A stretch of DNA of 64,000 nucleotides from a virus (IMGVR_UViG_3300033463_000040:53319-117318), one strand, 5' to 3'; shown: positions 48,040-58,215, counted from the first letter of the stretch. The notes: a model not told the origin generated them from the letters alone. Made by a program: numbers and translations.

Positions 48040-49233
48040 TTACTTAAACATTTTAGCAGCATAATCTTTACCTGCTTCGGTTAATCTATATAATCCTTTG
48101 GCATTTTTGACATTTTCTATATAACTACAATTTTCTCTATGCCGAATATTATGTAATTTTGTACTAATTTGTTTTCTGGTTAATACTTTAGCTGAATTTT
48201 TAGCTCCATATAAATTATAATAAGCAGTAGTTAATTCATTTAATGTTAATTTATCTTTATTATAATCTTTTAAAGCAATCCAAAACACACGCAAAAATTC
48301 CATACTTCTATATATATTTATAGTATAAGAAGACAATTTTAATTTTTTTGCTTCACTTTCACTTACTGTAAACAAATTTTCTATCATTGGAATTTCCTCT
48401 TTATTTAAAGGTTTGTCTATTAATAAAGTATATTTATTTTTATCTATTCTTTTAATTTCTACACCATTTTCTTTTAATTCATTATTATTTATATATTTAT
48501 ACAAACTTGCCCAAATCAAATGACTAGGTTTAATTTTCTTTTTTTTACCATACAAATTATGGTAAGCAATGGTTATTTCATTTAAATTTAATATACTTTT
48601 ATTATAATGTATTTTTGCAATTTTAAACACATTAATCATATCATTATAATTTTCTAAACTTTTTTTATATGAAGGTGAATTTTTACCACACAATACTTTT
48701 TTAACAATTTTATGTGTTTTGCCTTGAGCTTTAAACTCTGTATAAATATCTGAAACAATTTGACGAACTCGTTCTCTTGTAATTCCAAATTTATCTGCAA
48801 CAGCTTGATATGTATAAATACCTTTACTATACATATCTCTAATTGCCTGTTTTTGTTTTCTTTTTTCTAAAGGTGGTATATATTGAGGTTGTTTTAAACC
48901 TAATTTATGTGAAATATTAGTAAAGCGTGAAAATTCTATACCCGCTTTAATAGCTTTTTCTTTAACTGATAACTCTGGATAATTTTTATATGTTTCTATA
49001 ACTCTATTAATAATGGCTTGTTTAAATTTAGCTTTAGTTTCTTTTATTTGTAATCTATTTAAAGTTTTTAATTGTTTAAGTTCTTTCGTGATTACACTAG
49101 GTTTGCCTTTTTTATCATTAGAAAAAGCTTTTAATACATCTTCTCTTTTTAAATTTAAAGAATTACAAATCCAATCAAGAGAAAAATCTTTTTTTAATAA
49201 TTGTGTAACAGCTTTTTTTAATTGCTCATCCAT
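48040..49233 (-). CDS. putative sigma-factor-like / HTH transcription regulator
   Basis: ADKFGITRERVRQIVSDI resembles the sigma70 region-4 HTH; conserved promoter 45 nt upstream. Confidence 0.45.
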   Translation of the reverse strand: MDEQLKKAVTQLLKKDFSLDWICNSLNLKREDVLKAFSNDKKGKPSVITKELKQLKTLNRLQIKETKAKFKQAIINRVIETYKNYPELSVKEKAIKAGIEFSRFTNISHKLGLKQPQYIPPLEKRKQKQAIRDMYSKGIYTYQAVADKFGITRERVRQIVSDIYTEFKAQGKTHKIVKKVLCGKNSPSYKKSLENYNDMINVFKIAKIHYNKSILNLNEITIAYHNLYGKKKKIKPSHLIWASLYKYINNNELKENGVEIKRIDKNKYTLLIDKPLNKEEIPMIENLFTVSESEAKKLKLSSYTINIYRSMEFLRVFWIALKDYNKDKLTLNELTTAYYNLYGAKNSAKVLTRKQISTKLHNIRHRENCSYIENVKNAKGLYRLTEAGKDYAAKMFK

Positions 49234-49257
49234 TTTTAATACCTTTATTTTATGTTA

Positions 49258-49288
49258 AATATACAATAATCGTTTTAAAAAGTAAAGC
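49258..49288 (-). promoter_or_regulatory. conserved promoter GCTTTAC plus an AT-rich -10
   Basis: Motif instance. Confidence 0.45.
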
Positions 49289-49325
49289 AAAAAATTTAAT
49301 TCTTTGTAACTAAGTTCTATTATAA

Positions 49326-49733
49326 GTGAATAGAATCAAGGATTTTTATATGAGTAAGCTAAGATCGTTATTAGAAAATACTTTAAAAGAATATATCACA
49401 TTAAAGCATGAAGTATATGCATTAAAACAAAATGCAAAAGATATTCCTGGTCCTACACTTTATTATAATGGTAGTAGTTGGGTGAATTCTAAAGAAGAGG
49501 CTATCTTATATAAAAATAAAAAAGAAGCTAGAAAAACTCTAGCCAATCTTATTCATAAAGATCTTTCAGAATATGCTGGTCCATCAGTACCTGACACAAA
49601 AGAAATATATTCAAAGTTACTTAAATATGACGATGAATATAATTTTCTAGTAGGATATCCAATAGATTATTCTATAGAAGTTAGACCTTTTACTTATATT
49701 GATAAAAACGGTAAACCTTGGAATAAATTCTAA
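49326..49733 (+). CDS. hypothetical protein (plus strand)
   Basis: ORF. Confidence 0.4.
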   Translation: MNRIKDFYMSKLRSLLENTLKEYITLKHEVYALKQNAKDIPGPTLYYNGSSWVNSKEEAILYKNKKEARKTLANLIHKDLSEYAGPSVPDTKEIYSKLLKYDDEYNFLVGYPIDYSIEVRPFTYIDKNGKPWNKF

Positions 49734-49735
49734 AA

Positions 49736-50035
49736 CTATTGATTTTTTAATAATTCATTCCTACTTACATTAGCTAAAACTTCACACATTTTAGACACAA
49801 ATTCTTTATTTTGTCCATTTATCCTTTTTTCTATATCGCTTCTTATGACAGCTAAACACTTATCTATTAATATAGAAATAACTCTTTCTTTTTCAGGACC
49901 TTCTTCATCGTCTTTACATATTTCTTTTATTTTATCAACAAATTCAATACATCTTTGTGAAAGAAATGCAACATGTTCTTCATTATTTGTTTCTAAAGCG
50001 TTTTTAATAATTTCAATACTACTATTTTTTAACAT
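49736..50035 (-). CDS. hypothetical protein
   Basis: ORF. Confidence 0.4.
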   Translation of the reverse strand: MLKNSSIEIIKNALETNNEEHVAFLSQRCIEFVDKIKEICKDDEEGPEKERVISILIDKCLAVIRSDIEKRINGQNKEFVSKMCEVLANVSRNELLKNQ

Positions 50036-50052
50036 TTAATATCCTTTTTAAT

Positions 50053-50571
50053 TTATCTAGCTAAACCTTCATTATAAAAATATTCTTTAATACCAGGTTT
50101 GTATACAGATTCTTTAACTGATGTTAATTCAAAACCATATCTATCAATCAGTTTCTGTAACATACTTAAATTCTGTTGAGATACTGTCATAACTGGTTTA
50201 TTCGTTTTCAATACTTCGAAACTATCTTCAATCAATTTACTTGCAATTTTTTGACCTCTATAATTTGGATCTACAAATAAACAACATAATTTTTTTTCAT
50301 CTGGTTCATCTTTTAATAAAGCACAACCCGCTAAGGTATATACAGGAATAATACCTCTTTTAGTAGTAATTACTTGCTTAGAATATGGATCTATTGCAAA
50401 GCTATACCCACGTTTACCTTCTTTTAATCCCGGAAAGAATTTATATTGTAACCAATCCCAATGCCCTTCATAACTGTCCAAAATATCTCTAGTTAACCAA
50501 GCAACTTGTCCATAAAATGGTTCATGCTTTGGATTATAGACATTTGATAATTCATAAGAAATAGTACTCAT
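50053..50571 (-). CDS. GNAT-family N-acetyltransferase
   Basis: Motif A-like VDPNYRGQKIASKLIE. Confidence 0.5.
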   Translation of the reverse strand: MSTISYELSNVYNPKHEPFYGQVAWLTRDILDSYEGHWDWLQYKFFPGLKEGKRGYSFAIDPYSKQVITTKRGIIPVYTLAGCALLKDEPDEKKLCCLFVDPNYRGQKIASKLIEDSFEVLKTNKPVMTVSQQNLSMLQKLIDRYGFELTSVKESVYKPGIKEYFYNEGLAR

Positions 50572-50584
50572 TTAAAATCCTTTA

Positions 50585-50917
50585 TTATATATTTTCTATA
50601 CAAATACCTACTACACCAAATTTACCTTGTGCTTCTTTATCATAAAACTGTTCCATAATCTTAATCGCATTTTCAACAGTTCCCAATCCAGCATATTTAG
50701 GATCAATATATCTAAACAATTCTTTAAAAGTAGGTGCAGTAAAAAAGCCTTTTACTTGTACTGTATGAAAATTATCACCATTTTGAAAAGTAATAGTGTC
50801 TCCAATTTCAATTTTACGTCTTTTAGCATCATATAAACGTAATTCAATAGTTTTTTTACCTTCTTTAATCAAATTAAAATAAGGTTGTTTTAATGTCATA
50901 TTATGATTTGTTGCCAT
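50585..50917 (-). CDS. ASCH/PUA-like domain protein
   Basis: Small beta-rich ORF with ELRLYD...GDTITF pattern. Confidence 0.35.
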   Translation of the reverse strand: MATNHNMTLKQPYFNLIKEGKKTIELRLYDAKRRKIEIGDTITFQNGDNFHTVQVKGFFTAPTFKELFRYIDPKYAGLGTVENAIKIMEQFYDKEAQGKFGVVGICIENI

Positions 50918-50946
50918 TTTTACCCCTTTTGGTTTTTAACTATATT

Positions 50947-50980
50947 ATTATAATAGTATATAAAATATTAAAAGTAAAGC
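50947..50980 (-). promoter_or_regulatory. conserved promoter GCTTTAC-N18-TATTATAAT
   Basis: Motif instance. Confidence 0.5.
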
Positions 50981-51018
50981 AGAAAAACAATAAACTTTTT
51001 GTTATATAAATTTTAAGC

Positions 51019-51411
51019 TTATTTTACAACAATATATCCACCCATTCTTAAAAAATTGCCTAAATTAGTCATTAACTCGGTATTACCAATAAACTCTATA
51101 CCGTTGTGCTTAAAATCTATAACTTTATTCCAATCTTTTAATAAGTTACTAAGATGTTTTTCTACTAATTCAAACTCTAAATTATTAGGACTCCAGTCAT
51201 TATGAAATAAAACTACAATAGATACATTATTTAATTGAGCATTAACAGTTCCTACAATTATATCTGCTATTCCTAAAGATTTACCAGGAATTGCTTCATC
51301 AGTATTAGGAATAGGAAAAATTAAACTTTCTAGATAATCTTTTAAAGCATGACAAATTACCCATTTACCATAAGGTACAAAGAAATTACTCATACTAAAA
51401 CCTCCGAACAT
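51019..51411 (-). CDS. hypothetical protein
   Basis: ORF. Confidence 0.4.
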   Translation of the reverse strand: MFGGFSMSNFFVPYGKWVICHALKDYLESLIFPIPNTDEAIPGKSLGIADIIVGTVNAQLNNVSIVVLFHNDWSPNNLEFELVEKHLSNLLKDWNKVIDFKHNGIEFIGNTELMTNLGNFLRMGGYIVVK

Positions 51412-51833
51412 TTAACATGTTCATTTGCCATAGCTATAATACTTTCTTTATCTATTTTAGCTAAAATTTCTAATTTGTTATATAAATCACGTGGTATTAA
51501 GTATTTAACATTAATATCACAATAATTTACTTTTGAACCCCATGTATCTTCAATTATTCTAGCTTCACTATATTTAACATCTGTTTTGAATTTACTTTTA
51601 ATACCTAAATCTTTTTCTAAATTTTCAATTAGTTTATTAATAGCAAATCTACGAAAACTTTTAAGATATTTATTCTTTGATATACCAAAAGATAATTCAA
51701 TTCTAACTTTAAGTTCAGATATATCTGTAATATATACATAACTACTTAAACTATTCCAATAAAAACAGCTGCGGACATTAGTATCCACATACGTTCTTAA
51801 AGCTTCTATCAAAAAATCTCTATCTGTCTTCAT
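51390..51833 (-). CDS. hypothetical protein, paralogue family (C-terminus ...YNKLEILAKIDKES)
   Basis: C-terminal motif shared with 51836-52192 and 52251-52625. Confidence 0.4.
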   Translation of the reverse strand: MKTDRDFLIEALRTYVDTNVRSCFYWNSLSSYVYITDISELKVRIELSFGISKNKYLKSFRRFAINKLIENLEKDLGIKSKFKTDVKYSEARIIEDTWGSKVNYCDINVKYLIPRDLYNKLEILAKIDKESIIAMANEHVKCSEVLV

Positions 51834-51835
51834 AA

Positions 51836-52192
51836 CTAATTGATCTTACTTAATACTTTTAATTTATCATATAATTCTTCAGGTACTTTATATAAAATCT
51901 CATATAAAATTTCTTTACTACTATGCGCATATTCCCTTTCTAAATGTGGTTTATCTAATCCAAATGTATTTTTAAACCAATTTTTTATCCACAACTGAGC
52001 TTCTATATTTAATACATTAGATCTTATAGCAACTCTAATATAAGGCGGATATTCTTTATAATTATAAGGCTCTGGTAAAGTATCTTTAACTGCAAAATTA
52101 ATATGAAAATTAACTTTTGTTTCACCTAATTCATCTTGAATATAGTGTGTCAAAAGTTTTTCAATATCAAAATATTCTTTATTATATATCAT
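51836..52192 (-). CDS. hypothetical protein, same paralogue family (...YDKLKVLSKIN)
   Basis: Shared C-terminal motif. Confidence 0.4.
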   Translation of the reverse strand: MIYNKEYFDIEKLLTHYIQDELGETKVNFHINFAVKDTLPEPYNYKEYPPYIRVAIRSNVLNIEAQLWIKNWFKNTFGLDKPHLEREYAHSSKEILYEILYKVPEELYDKLKVLSKIN

Positions 52193-52250
52193 AGAATGAC
52201 CTTTTAATCTATTTAAATAATAACTTGCTACAAATTAAATGTAAAACAAA

Positions 52251-52625
52251 TTATTGTATTTTAGATAATACAAGTAAAGTATTTTCTATATCTTCTGTTA
52301 AATCATACATTAATATTACTTTAGCAAGCATCCAACTTTGACTTATAAGATCTTTATATATTCGACTTGGCTTATCTAAGCCTAATTTCCGTTTTGTATC
52401 ATTATTAAACCATTTTATATTTCTTTCTACTATTTCATTAATATTTTCTTTACTAGTTAAATGATGAGTTATATCTAATGCTACACTAAAAACCTTATCA
52501 CTTGGAGTATAATTAAGACTTATAGACGCAATATCATTAGTATAATCTTGTGGAATTGCATTAATATTCAATTTATTAGAAAGATAAAAAACTATTGCGG
52601 TAGCAATTTCTGTATCTGTCATCAT
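52251..52625 (-). CDS. hypothetical protein, same paralogue family (...ENTLLVLSKIQ)
   Basis: Shared C-terminal motif. Confidence 0.4.
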   Translation of the reverse strand: MMTDTEIATAIVFYLSNKLNINAIPQDYTNDIASISLNYTPSDKVFSVALDITHHLTSKENINEIVERNIKWFNNDTKRKLGLDKPSRIYKDLISQSWMLAKVILMYDLTEDIENTLLVLSKIQ

Positions 52626-52627
52626 AA

Positions 52628-53023
52628 TTATCTCCTACCATTTCTTTTTAATAATTCAGCTCTAGTAATAACTTCAAGATTATTTAAATCGTTATTAAAC
52701 TTATCCCCATCTATATGATAAACTACTTCATTGCTTTTTAATTTTCTACCTAATTCCTTTTCCATAAGCCATTTACTATAACTTACTCTGCGCTGGTGCA
52801 TATATACTTTACCATTACGGCTTCTTACAGGTACTTTCTCTTCACTACTACATACCATACCATCTCGACCTTTTCTGGGCTTACCAATAATACGTCTAGC
52901 TTCAATATCTTTTTTAGTAAAACTAGTAGCATTAGCCCCTTGCCAACCAAAAAGGCCTTTATTCCAAGTTTTATGTCCTTTAATAAATCTTCCAGAATTA
53001 GACATTTTATTTATTAACCCCAA
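52628..53023 (-). CDS. HNH endonuclease (HNH_3-like)
   Basis: VVYHIDGDKFNNDLNNLEVITRAE. Confidence 0.5.
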   Translation of the reverse strand: MGLINKMSNSGRFIKGHKTWNKGLFGWQGANATSFTKKDIEARRIIGKPRKGRDGMVCSSEEKVPVRSRNGKVYMHQRRVSYSKWLMEKELGRKLKSNEVVYHIDGDKFNNDLNNLEVITRAELLKRNGRR

Positions 53024-53032
53024 TATATTTTT

Positions 53033-53063
53033 ATTATAATATATATTTATTAAATAGTAAAGT
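53033..53063 (-). promoter_or_regulatory. conserved promoter (variant ACTTTAC)-N18-TATAAT
   Basis: Motif instance. Confidence 0.45.
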
Positions 53064-53107
53064 CAAAAGCCTAAATATTTCTATCTAAGCTTTTTGACTT
53101 GATTATA

Positions 53108-53704
53108 TTACTCGTTTGGTCTTAATTCTTCTAAAGTTTTATTGTTGTAATAAAATAATTGATAACCATTTAAAGAATTAGTTTTATCTGCAGGTGCTAA
53201 TTTACCGGCAATTTTTGATACACTTTCTGGTTTATCGAAACCTGGAAATTGAACTTTATTCTTTGGCATTACAATACCAGTACATGCTGGTAATTGACAA
53301 TTCATATAATAAATCTTAGCACCAATTGGAATATTCAACATAGCAAACGTAGTATTATTACGGCGTTTTTTAGTAGAATTAGGTGTAATTTCTTTACTTC
53401 CAGGTAAAGATGTTCTAGCAAAACTTAAAACTTCATCTAATTTATCTGCACTAAAAAATTCTGTTTCACGACCAGTTCTGGTATAATGTCTATATGCAGC
53501 AAAAGCTTTATGTAAAGCTTTTTCATTTTTTTCAGCATCTTGGCATTCAAATAAAGCAACAAATTCAAAATCTTCTAACACACTAGTATTTGATAAAGTA
53601 GCTTTTCTACCATTTATACTATTAGTTATACCAATTTTAATAAATCCATATAAGCATGGATTTGTTGCAATATATAAATATCTTTTTTTACTTTTATTTT
53701 CCAT
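53108..53704 (-). CDS. GIY-YIG-like (T5orf172/MUG113-type) putative endonuclease
   Basis: YLYIATNPCLYGFIKIGITNS...R, a GIY...YIG-like spacing. Confidence 0.35.
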   Translation of the reverse strand: MENKSKKRYLYIATNPCLYGFIKIGITNSINGRKATLSNTSVLEDFEFVALFECQDAEKNEKALHKAFAAYRHYTRTGRETEFFSADKLDEVLSFARTSLPGSKEITPNSTKKRRNNTTFAMLNIPIGAKIYYMNCQLPACTGIVMPKNKVQFPGFDKPESVSKIAGKLAPADKTNSLNGYQLFYYNNKTLEELRPNE

Positions 53705-53718
53705 TTTTAATCTTTTTA

Positions 53719-54054
53719 TTAAATTAGTTTATATACACCTCTTTTAACTGCTTTTAATAACTTCTTTTGAGCCATTCTATAAACAATTAAACCCATGTAA
53801 TTTCGGTTTATCAACTTTTCTTTACTATGGTCTTTGGTATATTTATTATAATAACCCAACACTATATCAACAACAGTCAATTCAGTATCTTTATCTTTAA
53901 ACAATTCCAATACGCGCTTTTCATGTATCGTTAAGTTCAAAGTACTTGTAGTAGATTTTATGCCTAACTTCTTTAAAGTTTCAGTATCTACTGTTTCTTT
54001 ATTAAAAATTACATTTTCATTATTCATTTCCATGTCCTTTTTACTATTACTCAT
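53719..54054 (-). CDS. hypothetical protein
   Basis: ORF; conserved promoter upstream (54070-54100). Confidence 0.4.
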   Translation of the reverse strand: MSNSKKDMEMNNENVIFNKETVDTETLKKLGIKSTTSTLNLTIHEKRVLELFKDKDTELTVVDIVLGYYNKYTKDHSKEKLINRNYMGLIVYRMAQKKLLKAVKRGVYKLI

Positions 54055-54177
54055 TATTGAGTTATTACAATCTTACATTAATTTTTATTAAAAGTAAAGC
54101 AAAAAATTCAAAAAATTAAAAAACTTAAACATTCTAAGTCTAAGTCTTTGATTTTACTGTATATTTTACTATACCAA

Positions 54178-54540
54178 TTAAATAGCTAACTTATATAATA
54201 GCGCTAACTTTTCAATTAAACCAATCGGAACTTGATATGCTAAATTATAATTTGCTATTGTTTCATCGTTTTCATATATATAATCTTCATCTTTAGTTAA
54301 CCACATAGGATCTAACCCAAAGTTTTCTCTAAGTATATCTAAAAAGTTTTGTTTATGCTCTAATTTAATATTCATTACCCTTATATATACCATAGAAAAA
54401 TCTGCATTTTCTGCCCCAAAAGGTATTTTAAATACATTTATACTAAGTGCATAGGATTCTTTATCATCTTTTGTCAATTCAGAAAGCATCTTAGATAAAT
54501 TTAACTGTATATAATTCTCTGCAGGTATATATATTAACAT
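54178..54540 (-). CDS. hypothetical protein, tandem paralogue A
   Basis: Alignable over its whole length to 54570-54929. Confidence 0.45.
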   Translation of the reverse strand: MLIYIPAENYIQLNLSKMLSELTKDDKESYALSINVFKIPFGAENADFSMVYIRVMNIKLEHKQNFLDILRENFGLDPMWLTKDEDYIYENDETIANYNLAYQVPIGLIEKLALLYKLAI

Positions 54541-54569
54541 ATTTAAATCCTTTTTATTTACTATATGAA

Positions 54570-54929
54570 TTAAATAGTTATCTTATATAATACCGCAAGC
54601 TGCTCAACTAAACTTATTGGTATTTTATATGCTAGATTAAGATTACCAAAGATACCTGACTTATCTAATATATGATCATCATCTTTATATATCCATGCAT
54701 CCTCAAATCCAAATTTTTCTCTAATATATGCTAATATCTCCGGTTTATACGCTAACCTAATATTCAATATACATATACTTACTGTACTAAAACCTTTATA
54801 TTCTTTTCCAAAAGGTGCAAATACACATATATTACACCCATAACATTCTTTATCTGCTTTAGTCAATTCACCAAGCAGTCTAGGTATATTCATCTGCAAA
54901 TAATTCTCAGCTTCTATATATATTCCCAT
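54570..54929 (-). CDS. hypothetical protein, tandem paralogue B
   Basis: Paralogue of 54178-54540. Confidence 0.45.
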   Translation of the reverse strand: MGIYIEAENYLQMNIPRLLGELTKADKECYGCNICVFAPFGKEYKGFSTVSICILNIRLAYKPEILAYIREKFGFEDAWIYKDDDHILDKSGIFGNLNLAYKIPISLVEQLAVLYKITI

Positions 54930-54964
54930 ATTAAATTTCTTTTACTATATCAATTAAATAGTTA

Positions 54965-55651
54965 TTAATTCTTTACGCTACCAATTTCCCCAATATATTC
55001 TTGTATAGGGTAATCTAACCCATTATCTATAATATATTTATTACGAGCTTCTAATGCCTCTTTCTGTGTATCATAATAGCCTAAATGTATATGTTTATAA
55101 TCTATTACTATATCAGATTTCCATTTCTTCATATTTTTAGTATACCAAATACCTATATAACCGCTTTTATTAGATTTGTTTTTATTTCTATTTAATATTT
55201 GTTGTTTATAAGTTGCCCATCTACAATTATCAGGTTCATAATTACCATCAGTATTTATACGATCTATGGTTAATTCTTTATTATACCCTGCTTTCAATGC
55301 CCAAACTTTAAATGTTTCATAATCATTTTTCCATTCATCACAAACTTTTATTCCCTTCATTCCATAATAACAATAAATATTACAGTTAATATTATATCAT
55401 CTTTCTAGCATCTTACACCAAATTCTATGAAGCCTATCTGTAGAAAGTCCATGTTTAGTGCTTCCACATTTTCTACAGCTTGTACTTCTACCGGATTTAA
55501 GACTGTTTAAAGTTATTTCTGCTTCTTTTCCACATTCACATCTACATTTCATATATCTTTTATTATATTTATTTCTACCCAAATCTTCTATAACTGTCCA
55601 TTTACTAAACTTTTTTCCAACATAATTTTCTTGATTTTGTTTCATAATCAA
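54965..55651 (-). pseudogene. HNH-AP2 homing endonuclease interrupted by a single in-frame TGA (55397-55399) at a conserved Cys position
   Basis: ORFs 55397-55651 and 54965-55360 are in the same frame. Read through the TGA they give ...RLHRIWCKMLER*YNINCNIYCYYGMKGIKVCDEW..., the contiguous Zn-finger/HNH/AP2 architecture. Confidence 0.5.
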
Positions 55652-55977
55652 TTCCTTTTATAGTTATTATATTATATATAAGAAAAAAATTAATAAAAAT
55701 TATTCTAAATATGTATTAACTATCCCAAACTTATAGTTCTATTAATTATAGAAACAACCCTAATCTGGAATGTGTAGATGAATACCTATAACCAACAATA
55801 CTCGGTCTAATCCCTTATCGCAATATTAGTCCCGATTATCATAAATAAAGATAGGTATTTTTTTATTACTATACAAATAAAACAGTATATCAATTCATTT
55901 TATACGCTAACAATAACAAAAATTAAATACAAGTATAAAATACAGATATACATACATATATATAAGAGATAAATAAA

Positions 55978-57519
55978 ATGTCAATTTTAAAAACAATCGA
56001 AAAACAAGGTTTGACAGAAGCTAAACGCAATGTCAAAATGAACCGCGGTATCGCACACGCAGCTCAATTCTTAGCAGAATCTAACTTAGGTGTTCGTTGC
56101 CCAAATTTGGTTAAAGGTTTAGAATCTGATTCCAAAGAAGCTAAATATGCAGCAGCTACATTAGTCCAAATCATGGAAAATACAGCTGACTACGTTATGA
56201 AAACAGACGGCAAAGATATCTTACATGAAGATGCTATCAACGCTACAGCTAACACAATGTTAACACCAGGCGTCTCAACTTTGACTCCACAAGTATTGGA
56301 TATCGTTAATATATTTTATCCAATGATGGTTGCAAATTATATTGCAGACATTCAAGCTATGGATCGTCAATCTGGCCAAATCTTTACAATTAAGACACGT
56401 TACAGCCAGACAGCAGCAGACGTAGCAGAAGGTGATATTGTATTCGAAAAAGCAACTGACGGTACATATTCTACTGAAGGTGTTATTTCTTATACAGCAG
56501 CTACAACAGCAGCAGGTGCAGCTACATTGAATCCAACAGCAGCATTAGAAGCAAACACAACAGTAAAAGTACGTGCAGGTTCATTTATCGTTACAGTTGA
56601 TGGTAAAGAAGTTGCTCGTGATTACGGTTTAGACACATCTTTGGATGGTGTTGGTGGTACATATGTAGTTATCGGTAAGGGCGTATCTGGTACAGTTGAT
56701 GCACAAACAGGTGTTGCAACTTTGAAATTGGATACAGCTGTTATTGCTGATGGTACAGTATTGAATGCTACAGCTTCTTATGATACAGAACACGATGAAG
56801 ATTTGATTCGTAAGATTCAATTCGATATTCCTAACCAACCAATCTTGGCTAAGGAACACCCATTGATGAGTTCATATTCTGTTGCTGCAGGTTTAGTCAT
56901 GAACGCTCACTTAGCAATTGATACAGATGAATTGATCACAAATCAATTAGCTGGTACAATTCGTTGGGAACGTGACTTGGCATTAGTTAAAGCAGTATCT
57001 GATGCTGCAGTTGCTAATCCATCTTTGACTTTTGACTGCTCAGCTAACGGTACTAACTTGACATTGGCACAACGTTATAGTTCATATACAACAACTATTT
57101 CTTCTGCTCGTGGTATTATCCAAGAAACAGCAGGTCGTGGAACTGTTGACTTTATCATCTGTTCTGCTACTCAAGGTTTGCCAATTATCGAACAAATCGA
57201 AGGCTTTAAAGCTGCTCCAGAAGCTAAGAAACCAATTGGTCCATATTTAGCAGGTACATTGCGTGATGGTACAATCAACGTAATTGCAGTTCCTTATACA
57301 AAAACATTGGCAGCTGATCAAGTTGTCTTTGGTTTCAAGGGCTTCCAATTAGGTGATTCTGCAATCATCTTAGCTGAATGGGTTGCTTTGTATTTGACAC
57401 CAACATTCCAAGCTCCAAACTTACGTAACCACAAAGGTTGCTTGAGTTTCTACGACTTATTTGTAAATAAGCCAGAATACTTGGTTAAAGGTGCTATTTC
57501 TAACTTCAACGTTGCTTAA
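55978..57519 (+). CDS. putative major capsid protein (513 aa)
   Basis: Plus-strand gene; codon usage strongly skewed to GGT/GCT/ACA/GTT-type codons, unlike its neighbours; Ala/Thr/Gly/Val-rich; followed by a strong terminator. Confidence 0.45.
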   Translation: MSILKTIEKQGLTEAKRNVKMNRGIAHAAQFLAESNLGVRCPNLVKGLESDSKEAKYAAATLVQIMENTADYVMKTDGKDILHEDAINATANTMLTPGVSTLTPQVLDIVNIFYPMMVANYIADIQAMDRQSGQIFTIKTRYSQTAADVAEGDIVFEKATDGTYSTEGVISYTAATTAAGAATLNPTAALEANTTVKVRAGSFIVTVDGKEVARDYGLDTSLDGVGGTYVVIGKGVSGTVDAQTGVATLKLDTAVIADGTVLNATASYDTEHDEDLIRKIQFDIPNQPILAKEHPLMSSYSVAAGLVMNAHLAIDTDELITNQLAGTIRWERDLALVKAVSDAAVANPSLTFDCSANGTNLTLAQRYSSYTTTISSARGIIQETAGRGTVDFIICSATQGLPIIEQIEGFKAAPEAKKPIGPYLAGTLRDGTINVIAVPYTKTLAADQVVFGFKGFQLGDSAIILAEWVALYLTPTFQAPNLRNHKGCLSFYDLFVNKPEYLVKGAISNFNVA

Positions 57520-57546
57520 TTAAGTAATTAGTTAGAAAACCTATCA

Positions 57547-57578
57547 AACCCCTGTCTTCGGATGGGGGTTTCTTATTA
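57547..57578 (+). terminator. rho-independent terminator: 8-bp stem with UUCG tetraloop, then UUUCUUAUU
   Basis: ccccugUC-uucg-GAuggggg then a U-tract, read directly. Confidence 0.65.
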
Positions 57579-57611
57579 CTATTTAAAAGGTATAGTTAAT
57601 GAAAGTAAATA

Positions 57612-57640
57612 AAAACCCCTTCTCTATAAAAAGAAGGGAT
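57612..57640 (-). terminator. minus-strand terminator (cccttct/agaaggg plus T5) that stops antisense read-through into the capsid gene
   Basis: Hairpin with the A-run on plus, so a T-run on minus. Confidence 0.45.
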
Positions 57641-57995
57641 TAACCTTAAAAACATCACGTATGTTAGGAGTCTAATGTTATTAAGAATGTTAGGAATATA
57701 TATAGAACAGGAGGAGAGAGAGAATTGGAAAGGAAGGACCCGTTACTATATATACTCCTAGCGGAGATTATATACAAGTATTATTACAAAGGGGAACTCT
57801 GACAACATTTACTTGTATATATGGCGTTCAACAGAAATATATTACTTATTTTGCTTGAAAGGACTTTCGCAGAAACCTATATATTTCCATCTATGTTTTT
57901 GAACATATTTATATTATACGCATTCCTATATAAAAGTAAATGATTAATTTTCCAATTCTGATAAAAAAGATATCCTATACAAATCATATAGGATA

Positions 57996-58200
57996 TTAGG
58001 TGTGTTTCGCTTGCCAATAACCTCTGTATTTGGTTAATAAGCTATGTATACTATAAAGTGGAAATATATAAATGTAAATAAAAAACCTCCCCTTATAAGG
58101 AAAGTTCTTCTTGGACAAAGCGAAGAAAAGGGAAGGTTTCAAGAGCGTAACAATGGAAAGTCTATACTTAAAATGTCGAATAAAAGTACAAACCATTAAC
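57996..58200 (-). CDS. possible small hydrophobic protein (doubtful)
   Basis: Low-complexity ORF; gains some credit because the promoter at 58216-58245 and the terminator at 57612-57640 bracket it. Confidence 0.2.
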
Positions 58201-58215
58201 ATGATTACAAAATAT

